This document shows, one piece after another, positions 41,960-52,626 of a stretch of DNA of 64,000 bases (the first letter of the stretch is position 1; the number at the start of each line of letters is the position of its first letter). The stretch covers positions 19,966,001 to 20,030,000 of the forward strand of contig NC_087436.1 of the NCBI RefSeq assembly GCF_036321535.1. The letters are read 5' to 3'. The notes beneath the pieces were generated by a model. That model had not been told where the DNA came from. It searched no databases and saw only the letters and a list, made by a program, of their open reading frames with translations. A program made the translations under genes and the position numbers. The DNA comes from Camelus dromedarius. Its lineage: Eukaryota.

Positions 41960-44900
41960 TGTGGAAGAAGTTACTGGGATGGAGGAGAGCACGCACTGAA
42001 TTCCAGATCCCGGTTCTAGACCCCATGTTACCGCAAGGCACTGCGAATGCAGGCACTCATGTTAACTTCTCTGGGCCTCCATCCGTTCCCTGAGGTTTTA
42101 AATGCGCAGGACCTGCCGGACAGGCCTGAGATTCTACGTGAGCCTCATTATCTCATCCGGTTTACCTGTCGTAGGAACAGGCATCCTTCATTTCAGCGCC
42201 CTGGGAGATCTGAAATGCTTTCTTGGTACCTAATGAAGTTGTAATCTACAGCTTTAATCAACAGCAGGTTTTCGCGTCGACAAGTGGCCTATCTTGCGAT
42301 TCTCCCACAGAATCCACGTGCTTTCTCAGACCTCCTTACTGGCGACTCTCACCCACGACACACTTGTGAGTCTGAAGAACTGTCCTCTGCTTGGTGTTTC
42401 TTCCTTCACCCCTCCTTGCCCTCTGTCTGCCCTGGTCCTTGCAGAGGACATCAGCGAGGGAAAAACAGTCCCTCTGGTGCTCTTGACTCCTTAATGCAAA
42501 TTTTGCTGCAGTTTTTAAATGTTGCGATAATGGCAGTTGAGGATTTTGAATAGCTATTTGGAAAAAACAACCATCAATATACTTCATGTCACATAGATGC
42601 CAAAATAAGTGCCAGATGACTGACACAATCCCTGTTAACCAAGCAGCCCCAGAAAGGCTCGAAGAAAATAGAGTATTTATCACACTTACAGAGCGAGAAG
42701 GATCTGTAAAAGCTTAAGTGACGCAAGACATCTCAGAGGAGGAAGATCAAGGGATTCGACACAGGAACATTTCCTCTCTTTGCAAAAGAGAAGACAAAGG
42801 GAAAACAAAAAACCACAGTCTGAAAAATGTGTTTGTAAAAATGACAAAAGGCCAGTATATTTACAACATAGAAAATTCATATAAACTGGTAAGAAACACT
42901 TCAGGTCGTGAACAGTCAGTTCATCATAAAAGAAAGAAAAGCTAATCACTCAACATCAGGGTAAGTGTTCAGCCCCGCTAGCAGTCAGCCTGAAACTCAG
43001 GAGTGGCTTATCTTTCGCTATTAAGTTAGGAGCACGTCTTCCAGGTACCCACTGTTGCCAAAAGCGGCTGATTCTCTTGTGACGATGGCCCTGCAAAGTG
43101 GTAGGACTTTTGAAAACTAATGAATATTTACCGAGAGGCTGGAAAATGTAAGGCTCTGTGACCCAGTAATCCCACTTCTGAGAATTTATCTGTAGGGGAA
43201 AAAAAAAAAAAAAAACCCGAAACAGTGGAATATTCATTTTAACTGAAAATGTAATTTTAAGGAAATATTTAAATAAAGTAGGATCAGTCCATTCCATGGA
43301 TATAATACTGTCATTTAAAACTATTAATTCGTAATTCTTCTTATAAATCTTGTGAGAGCCAACTCTGCTCCACGTATATCAAACAGCAAGGGAAAATGCA
43401 AAGTGTTCGTGGTTACTATCCTTATTGTATTTTGTAAATACTATATGTTATATTTTATAATATAATAATAATGACATATTCTTCAATAATGCTTACCACG
43501 AGCCAGGCATTGCTCTTAGTGCTTTGCGTATAAAAGCCCATTTAATCCTCACAACAAACATATGAGGCAGGTGCTGAAATTAGCCCCTTTTTTTAGATGA
43601 ATGAGATAATTGAGGCACAAAGTTAAATCTTCGTCCCAGGTCATACAGCTACTAAGGGGTATAGGTGGCATTCAAAGTCAAATATTCTGAATCTAAAGGC
43701 CTTATTCTGAACCACTATGCAATTAATGGCAATACCTTTATTTATTTACTTTTAATTTTCTTTTTCATTGAAGTGTAGTTGATTTACAATGTGAGTTACA
43801 GGTGTACAGCAAAATATTCAGTTGTACATATACATACATAGATACTTCCTTTTCAGATTCTTTTCCCTTATATGTTATTACAAGAAATTGAATATAGTTT
43901 CCTGTGCTATACAGGAGGTCCTTGTGGTTTATCTGTTTTGTATATAGTAATGTGTATCAACAGTTTTAAAATAGAGATGCTTACTTTGGGGGGGGGTGCT
44001 TAAAATCACAGAAATTTATTATCTTATAGTTCTGTAGGCCGGAAGTCTCAGACTAGTCTTACGGGAATAAAATCAAGATGTTGGTGAGGCTGTGTTCATT
44101 CTGAGACCTGAGGAGAGATCAGTTTCCTTGAGATGCTTCCTTTTAAAAAAATAAAAAGAAGAACACCAAAAATGTAATGGTGCTTGTACTGAGGCAGCAA
44201 ATTGGTTGGTACTCTTTTATAAAGTCTCAATTTCTCAACGTGTGTCATTTTCAATTAGAAAATCTTCAGATTTTTAAAGTTCTCTTTAGTTGGCCATCCT
44301 AGTGTTTGAGGTTGCATTACCCATGCACGGGTGTCGTTCACCAGAAATCTCTGTGATGCTGCAGATCAGTGACCCCTGGGATCACAATGAGAGCCTTGGG
44401 TTGGGTTGACAAGGACACCCTGGCTCACTCCCTAAGAGAGACTGGAAGGAGATGGGGACCGAGAGGAGAGGATGCCAGATAGACCTGCCATTACAAATCA
44501 AGCAGGCTGGGCTGCTTCCCAAAGTGCCTTCCGTGGCACCTGGATATTTGTAAATTTATTCATTTAGGTAGCTCTCCTTGGTGCCATAAGCCTGAGGGTA
44601 CTTGGAGCTGTTCTCCAAGGTGGTCATTAAAATTATCTATTTTAACTTGAAAAACAAGATTAAAATAACCATCTGCAATATTCTACTGGCCAGGCCAGTC
44701 TTAGAGACGCTATTTATTTGGTAAATAGCATCAGGGACTCAGGGCTCCCACTGAAAATATTCTCTGTCTACAAAATGTGACTGAGCTGGTTACATATTTA
44801 GATAAGAGACTGGCAGTAATGGTGCTGGCTTTCCTTGTACCAAGAGAAGAATATATGGTAAAGGTATATACTCCCTAAGGGAGGTCACGTACTCAACCAA

Positions 44901-45329
44901 GTTCATTTCTGCTAGGGAACAAGATTTTAAAAACTATAAACTGAAGTAAGAGTTGCCCGCTCTGGGCATATGGGCAGCTCTGACTGGAACAGGACTTAAA
45001 ATCTTATAAGCAGGTAAATAGTTTTCCATCCTCTTTTTAAAAACTTTTTTTGGTTGGAAAAGTAACGTATGGTCACTCTAGAAAATTTTGAAAACCAAAT
45101 CAAAGAAAACAAGCCTAACGCTGATCATTTCTCACACTAGCTGTGACCACCGTTACATGTTTGTTTACTTCTGGACTTTTTATGCCCATATAAAAAATGT
45201 GACTTGTTTTTTTTATCCCCTAATAAAGGAAGTTTGTTTCTAGAGCTTCCAATCACTCGATGACTTAATTGACTGATGTGAAGGGAACTGAAGCACGGTC
45301 TTCTTATATTTTCTACCGTAACCTGAAAT

Positions 45330-47125
45330 TATGGGGTTGCATTGAATTGGCTTGGGGAGAATTGATGTCTTAACTATATGGAGTCTCCTGAACATGAACA
45401 GTGTATATAGCCCTCCAGTTATTTGGGGTTTATGGTGTACATTTTTTATTTATTACTGTATATGTCAAGTGATATTATAACACTTCATAGATAGTATGAG
45501 AGCTGCACAATGATTTCTCCTCTCCCAGCCTTTATGTTATTATTGTCATAAACCTATTATACCTGTTTTAAGAAGAAAAACTCATCTATCCATGTGGTCA
45601 TCATGTCTAGTGTTCTTCATTCTTTTGTGTAGATCCATTTTTCACAGGTGGTGTCTTTTTCCTTCTGCCTGAAGAATTTCTTTTAACATTTCTGGTAATT
45701 TGAGTCTGCTGGTGATGAATTCTTTCAGCTTTTTTTTTTTTTTTTTTTTTTTGCTTTTGTATTTGAAATATATTTTCACTGGATGTAAAGTTTCAGGTTG
45801 ACAGTCATTTCTTTCATTGCTTAACATCCAGGGAGAAATCTGCTGTACACTTATTTTTGTTCCTCTGCACATAACGTATCCTTTTTCCTCTGGCTGCTTT
45901 TAGGATCTTTTTCTTTATCACTGGCTTTGAGCAGTTTGATTACGATGTGCCTTGGTATAGATTTCATCATCTTCCTGGTGCTTGGGGTTTGTTGTGTTTC
46001 TTGGATCTCTGGGTTTGTGGTTTTCCTCAAATTGGGAAAAATTTTGGCGTTTTCAAATATTTTTCCTGCCCTCCCCACCCCATAAGGGACTTCAGTAAAA
46101 CCTATATTAATCTACCCGAACAGGTAGCTCACTGATTCTCTTTTCATTTTTCGTGGTTCTTTTTTCTGTGTTTCATTTCAGATCATTTCTGTTGCTAGTA
46201 TCTTCAAGTTCACTCATCTTTCTTCTGCCATGTCTAAATTGCTGGCAGTCCCATCCAGGGTATTTTTCATCTCTGACACTGTAATTTTCAACTCTAGAAA
46301 TTTAGATTGGGTCTTTTTAATCTCTTTTATATCTCTGCTTAACTTTTTGAGCATACGGAGTACAGTTACCAAACCTGTGCTTACGTCCTTGTCTGCAGAT
46401 TCTAACAACTTTCTCAGTTCCGGGTCAGTTTTGATTGGTTGCTTATTCTTCCCATTTGGGGTTGTGCTTTCTTGTTTCCTGGCATGCCTGGTAATCTTTG
46501 TTTATATGTCAGACATTGCAGTTTTTCCCTTGCTGGGTGCTGGATATTTTATATTCCTAGAAATATGCTTGACCTTTGTCTTAGGATGCAGTTAATTACT
46601 TGGAAACTTTGATCCTTTTGGCTTTAATGATTTGTCAGGCAGGTCTGAAGCAGTGACCCCTCTAGGGCTAATCATTACCCAGTGTTAAAAGATCTTTCTT
46701 GATTTTCTGTCCAATGCCTCGGGAATTATGAGTTTTTCTAATCTGGCCATTGGAAATGGACCCTATTCACTAAGCCCTTCAGATGGCTTTTTTTTCCCTC
46801 CAACTTTGGGCAATTTCCTCACACACGTGCTCTGATCCCTACACTGCTGAATGCCCTCGGGGGCCCCTCTGCAGGTGTCTGAGTTCCTCTCCTGTGCTGC
46901 TCTGTCCTGCAAAGTCCTGTCATGTTGATGTCCTCAAATCCTCAGCTCTCTCTTCTCATCTCAGTGAGTTTGCTGGGCAGGTCCCCATCCCTGCACTGCA
47001 GCCTGGGAAGAAAAGTCTCTCAAGGCAGGAAGCAGGACAGTCGGAGGGCCCACCTCTTTTCTTTCTTCTCTCTCAGAGGTCCCTCTTCTTCACTGCCTTG
47101 TATCCAATGCTGTGACAACCACTGA
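45330..47125 (-). mobile_element. Old L1 remnant with frameshifted ORF1 pieces
   Basis: Minus-strand ORF fragments (FPNLRKTTNPEIQETQQTP...PRHIVIKLLK; LELKITVSEMKNTLDG; LKEFITSRLKLPEMLKEIL) resemble L1 ORF1p. Confidence 0.85.
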
Positions 47126-47607
47126 TGAAGAAGACGGACACTAGAGCCTGACCTGCTGAAATCTCTGCTCTGCCACTTCCTAGCCATGTGACCGAGGCCG
47201 AGTTAACCTGACTGCCTCCTTCCCCTCGTCTGCAAGATGGGGGTGACAACAGTCATGCCTCTTTGGGTTTTGGAGAGGATAAAATGAGATAATGCATTTC
47301 AAGCATGACACAGTTCCTCACACTCAGTAACATGTCCATCTTAGCTATTATTGTCATTTTTATTTTAATTATTATAAGATCCCAATAAACACTTGTCAAA
47401 TAAATGAATATCTACTCCTGGCCCGTGAACCACAAGTACCCTCACCACAGGTCCAGCACTGGGACAGCTGGAAACCTCAGCCTGTGCTCCCTGAGTGATG
47501 ATGTGGCCATGAGGCCCCAGCTCCCTGCCCCCATCACTGCTGTTATTCTAGGGTTTTCATCTCCTAAATAACAGACCTGGGGTTTCTTTGTTTGTTTTAA
47601 TTTTCAG

Positions 47608-47799
47608 GGGAAGACAGGAAGACCCCTAGTGAATCAAACAGCCCCTCTTCATCCTCCCTCTCCGCTCTGAGTGATTCAGCCAACAGCAAGGACGATTCCG
47701 ACAGCTCCCAGAAAAACAAGAGCGGAAACAACCTGCTGGTCATCTCGGTCGTGCCCGGGAGCCAGCCCTCACTGAACAGTGAGGAAAAGCCAGAGAAGG
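47608..47799 (+). CDS. ZNF827: ZNF827 coding exon, Ser-rich linker: GEDRKTPSESNSPSSSSLSALSDSANSKDDSDSSQKNKSGNNLLVISVVPGSQPSLNSEEKPEK
   Basis: ttttaattttcag acceptor; G|GTAAGG donor; 192 nt, phase 1-1; open frame. Confidence 0.92.
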
Positions 47800-48156
47800 G
47801 TAAGGGAGGAGGTGGGCTGGCCGGCTCAGCCCTACACGGTGTGGGGGGATGTGCAGTCTTAAGAATAAGCCCTTGAGAGAAGCGATGTTGGAAAATAAAT
47901 ACGAAGCCTGAGAACAACCTAATATGTATCATCTACAATTTGGGTATGTTTTTTTGGCTTGATTTACATCCCAGTGCGGGGTGGAAGGATGGGGAGTGTG
48001 GTATTAATTCCGCTAACTCCTTTTAGCATGGAGATGCAGGGCACAGTACCTGGAAGGGTCTAGCTGGAGGGGAGCAGGAGCGGGGAGGGCCGCCCGACTC
48101 CCACCCTCCTGTTCCTCTGCCCCACGCACCTGTACACCCAGTCTTGGTCCTTTCAG

Positions 48157-48334
48157 GGTTCGAATGCGTTTTTTGCAACTTTGTCTGCAAGACGAAGAAC
48201 ATGTTTGAGCGCCATCTGCAGATACACCTCATCACCCGGATGTTTGAGTGTGACGTGTGCCACAAGTTCATGAAGACCCCTGAACAGCTGCTGGAGCATA
48301 AGAAATGCCACACTGTCCCCACCGGTGGGCTCAA
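48157..48334 (+). CDS. ZNF827: ZNF827 coding exon: GFECVFCNFVCKTKNMFERHLQIHLITRMFECDVCHKFMKTPEQLLEHKKCHTVPTGGL
   Basis: ggtcctttcag acceptor; AA|GTAAGG donor; 178 nt, phase 1-2; two C2H2 fingers. Confidence 0.94.
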
Positions 48335-49961
48335 GTAAGGAAAGCAAGTACAGAACCTTTTACTGTGTTGTTATTAAACACCCTTTCCCCAGCCCTGCCC
48401 CGTCCCCCACCTGAAGGTTTTGGGGGTCTTGGGGAGGGGGGTTGGCATGGGGGGAGTTAGGCACCTCAGCTGCCTTTAGCTGGAGAGGAATAGACCTGTC
48501 TCCCAGGGGTCAGCAGATGTCAGTAGGAAAGTGCATTCCACAAATATGCCGGGATTCCGGCAAGCAAGACGACTCGTTGAAGCAACTCGGCATGAGCACG
48601 CAAGGGTAGACTCATCCTCCGCTGCTTGAGTTTTGTCCAGACTTGATTTTAAGGGACTTGGGGTTAGGGTCCTCACGTGTAAATTATTATGCTGTCACTG
48701 CACTTCACCATCTCTGTTTTTTCAGATGATTTGCCACAAGTCTTCTAAATAAGCATTACAACTACTCCATCCACACCCACCCACAAATATTGGATCTTTT
48801 GTCAGTTTGAACAGGCAGGAGGCAACTTTTTTTTTTTTATGCAAAGATCATGTGCCTCCTGTCTTCCTGCAAAGATGCTTCATGCCTTCCCAGGAACTGG
48901 AATCGGGATCTCCCTGGTGTAGCCTTCATGAGATCTGACATTTCTGGGCACATGTTAGTCACAGATCCCCAAAGACCTAGACACCAAGCATCATCATTAA
49001 CCAATATTTGCAAGGAGCCCTCTGGTCTGAAGTGAGACCCATCCGTTATTAACGAATGCACTGTGTGTCTGGCTTGATAATAGGTGCTAAAGGGCAAACA
49101 AAGAATAAAACATAATTTCCACTCTTGGGAAACGTTCGTCCGAACGCTACCAGAGTTTAATCCCAGTGCTTCTAAAATCAGAGTCCCAGTTCTCAAGGCG
49201 CTCACGGGCTAGTAAAGAGATAGAAGCATGTGTCACTGGGGACAGAAACACACATCAATTTCCAGGCCTAATTTTTCATGTTTAGCTAAGATGATCATGT
49301 AATTAAAAGAATGAAACATGACGTTTTACTTAAGAAAAAAAAATTATTTTTGAACATTTTTATCTTTGAAACTCACAACTTGCCAGAGAGGTGGCATGAC
49401 TCCTCTGAATGGCCGAGGGGTGGAGAGACCCAGAGGGAGGTTGGGAGTCAAGTGGGGGGTGGGGGGCAAGTCAGGGTGGACTCCCCAGGCTCCTGCCTGG
49501 TCGGGGGGGGGCCTCCTCAAAAACTTGCCCAAGGAGCAGCACCTACTGTTGGATCCCATTTTATTTCACTCTGGGGAGAGGGGCGATTAGGTGGGAGGGG
49601 TGGGGAAGAGAAGAAGAATGGGGGGAGGGGTGGTTAATGCCTAGCAAGAGCTTATTTGGGAATTTGATTTGTTTTGTTCCCACTGTCCCTTTCTAAACAT
49701 TTGTATACTTTTACCCTAAAAAAAAAAAAGAGCCATGTATTTATGTGGTTGGACTAGCACCCATCCCTCTTCCCAGTAGCCCAGTCACACCCATTAATTG
49801 CGGCCCCGGCCAGTTGTGGCTTCGCCAGTTAGGTCCCCTTTCCTTTGGGGACCTCAGGAGTCCGGAGCCTCCGGCCCACTGGGGAGAATGCACAGTGAAC
49901 GCTGATGCTTTTGCGGATACAGACACTTCCCGTGCGGTGCTAATGGTCCCCTATGTAATAG

Positions 49962-50028
49962 TTTATGTTCTAGGATGACCAAGTAGAAGAATACTTTGAA
50001 AAAATTGCTAATGCCTTCTGGCTATACA
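49962..50028 (+). CDS. ZNF827: ZNF827 alternative stop-containing exon (67 nt), encodes (N)LCSRMTK* with TAG at 49984-49986
   Basis: gctaat branch-like motif; taatag acceptor; ACA|GTGAGT donor at 50029; translation matches a ZNF827 isoform C-terminus as I recall it. Confidence 0.75.
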
Positions 50029-50312
50029 GTGAGTCTTTGTTTTGTTTTGTTTTGTTTTTCCCTTTGCCATATCAGAGAATTAATTTGCCTGAGAGAGTGT
50101 CTTTACGATAACTAACGGGAGCACGGAAAAACCCTTAGCACTTTGCCTGAGCCGCGAAAGAAAGATTGAGCCGTGGGTCACAGAAATGTCCTTAAAATGA
50201 AACAGACCGCCGATGTCTAAATTGCTTTTCTGTGATGGAACTGCTTGTACTCTATATCCTGTTCATAATGCAGATCAAATAAGATTATACTATTATTTTT
50301 CTTTTGCCGTAG

Positions 50313-50345
50313 CTCAGGACAGTGGTGAGTTTCAGACTCCTCTAG
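50313..50345 (+). CDS. ZNF827: ZNF827 alternative small exon: 33-nt form encodes (N)SGQW*; 12-nt form (50313-50324) has no stop
   Basis: tttttcttttgccgtag acceptor; two donors, TG|GTGAGT at 50325 and AG|GTAAGG at 50346; NSGQW matches a ZNF827 isoform end as I recall it. Confidence 0.8.
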   Translation, partial: LRTVVSFRLL

Positions 50346-51797
50346 GTAAGGCCCAGCTTGGCGTAGGGGTTGTGTGTGCACCTGACCTGGGAATGGGCTT
50401 TATATTTCTCTCGTGTGCACTCTTCTGTGAGCTGAGGTTCCGAGGCTAACGGCGGGCTTGGCGCTGAGGAGCAGTGCACGGTGCACTTGGTGTGTTGGGC
50501 TCTGCTGGACACCTCTCCAAACCCTCCGAGGACAGTTCACTCGTGGGCCCTGCCCTGCAGGTGCCAAGCGAGAGCCGAGGCCGCCACTTTTGCACTTGCC
50601 TTCTTTTTGTAAAGAGAGCACACACGCCACAGCTATCATATCAGCCACCGACTCGAGCCTGGCAGCTTCTGCGAGCGCAGCTCAGCAGAACTTGCAGAAA
50701 CATGCCCTCCCTGCCTGCCTCGCCCCTTTGGACAGCCAGTGGGGCTTGGGGGTAGCGTAGCCTCACTGCGTAGAATGGAGAGGCCCAGGCTTGGTCCCAG
50801 CGCACAGCTAGCCTAGAGCCCGATAAGGTGACAGAGCCGGGACCAAAATCAGCCCTTATGGAATCTGCCTAAATTACGTGTACAGACCAGTCCCGTAGTG
50901 AATCAGTACCCATCATGTGCTGAGTCCTCTACCGAGCACTGCAGAGAATGCAGAAGAAACGGGAGATACGGTCCTGCCCAATGAGAATTTACGATCCCCT
51001 TGGATTATTATTTCCATGATGTAATAAGGCACTCATAATGTCTTCAAGCTCCAGATAGCAGCTGTCCCCCTTCCTCCTGAGTCCCTCATTCGTAGGTGGG
51101 CTGGTGGGTGGGCCTCCTTCTCCTGAGCCCAGGTCCTGGTCCTCACCTCCCTTCCCTATGGAGACCCAGTGCTGCAGGAGCCAGGTTTGACCAGTACAGA
51201 TCTCTGTGTATACACGCACTCCCACACACAGTGACACACACAGGCCTTCTCATCCTAACCACCCTTTAATAAGCACGACTCTGACCCCTACGACTTTCTG
51301 TTTGCTGGAGGTAGCTCTCCCCACTATAAGCTGTTCTTTAAAACTCTTAGCCTTTCTGCGTGTGCTTGGTGTGGTGCATGAAAAGTCGATTCTTTGTGTT
51401 GCTCCCATCTTGAGGGGAGGTCGTGAGGTTTAGACCTCGGCTGTGTCCAGTGGGGAGCGGGGAGGGCTCCGAGGGGCGGGGTGGGGAGGACGGAGGGGAG
51501 CAACAGCTTATCTGGTCCTGGCACTGTCTCTGCTCCCCTTCCTGAGGGCTGGCGTCCGCTCTTGCAGCCAGGAGACCCCCGAGCAGGCCCGAGGGAAGGC
51601 TCTGTCGGCAACCAGAGCCTAAGAGGGTCTTCTTCATCCCTCCGGAGGCGGCAGGGCTGGGCTGGACAGGGGGCAGGCCAGGCCTCAGGCTGGGGAGGGC
51701 GTCCAGAGGGAAGGCTGGTGAGGAGGGTAGCAACCGGGGGACCGCAGAGCCCGCGCGGCTGACCCTCCCTGTCCTTGCTTGCCCCCTCCCCCGGCAG

Positions 51798-52626
51798 GTG
51801 CCCATTCTGCATTTATTCCACCAACCGCCCCGCCGCCATGGAGTGCCACCTCAAGACCCACTACAAGATGGAGTACAAGTGCCGGATCTGCCAGACGGTG
51901 AAGGCCAACCAGCTGGAGCTGGAGACGCACACCCGCGAGCATCGCCTCGGCAACCACTACAAGTGCGACCAGTGCGGCTACCTGTCCAAGACCGCCAACA
52001 AGCTCATCGAGCACGTGCGCGTGCACACCGGGGAGCGGCCCTTCCACTGTGACCAGTGCAGCTACAGCTGCAAACGCAAGGACAATCTCAACCTGCACAA
52101 GAAGCTGAAGCACGCCCCGCGCCAGACCTTCAGCTGCGAAGAGTGCCTGTTCAAGACCACGCACCCTTTCGTCTTCAGCCGCCACGTCAAGAAGCACCAG
52201 AGCGCGGACTGCCCCGAGGAGGACAAGAAGGGTCCGAGCCCGGCCCCCGCCAAGGACGCCGCCGGCCCTGGGGCCCCGCTCCTCGTCGTCGGGAGCTCCC
52301 GCCACCTCCTGTCTCCCCTGTCGGTCATGTCCGCCTCCCAGGCTCTGCAGACCGTGGCCCTGTCGGCCGTCGGCAGCGGCGGGGGCGGCTCCGAGCCCAG
52401 CCTGGCACTCAAGGCCTTGCCCTTGAACGGCTCCCCTTTGCGCTTCGACAAGTACCGGAACTCGGATTTTGCCCATCTCATTCCCTTGACCATGTTGTAC
52501 CCCAGGAACCAGCTGGATCTCACATTCCACCCTCCCCGACCTCAGACTGCGCCGCCCAGCATCCCCTCCCCGAAACACTCCTTCCTCGCCTATCTCGGAC
52601 TAAGAGAAAGAGCGGAGACTGTCTGA
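51798..52626 (+). CDS. ZNF827: ZNF827 terminal exon coding segment: CPFCIYS...RERAETV*, five C2H2 fingers plus a C-terminal tail (long isoform only)
   Basis: ccccctcccccggcag acceptor; phase 2 joins exon 48334 in frame (AA+G=Lys); 275 sense codons; TGERP linker; strong GC3 bias. Confidence 0.88.

Noticed and set aside
50326..50328. UGA as a selenocysteine codon
   Set aside because: No SECIS recognised by eye; the overlap with a splice donor explains the TGA more simply
51685..52578. 297-aa antisense ORF
   Set aside because: Shadow of the GC3-rich zinc-finger CDS on the + strand
51775..52626. 283-aa ORF as a standalone zinc-finger gene
   Set aside because: The TTG start lies in the polypyrimidine tract; a canonical acceptor joins it in frame to the ZNF827 exons
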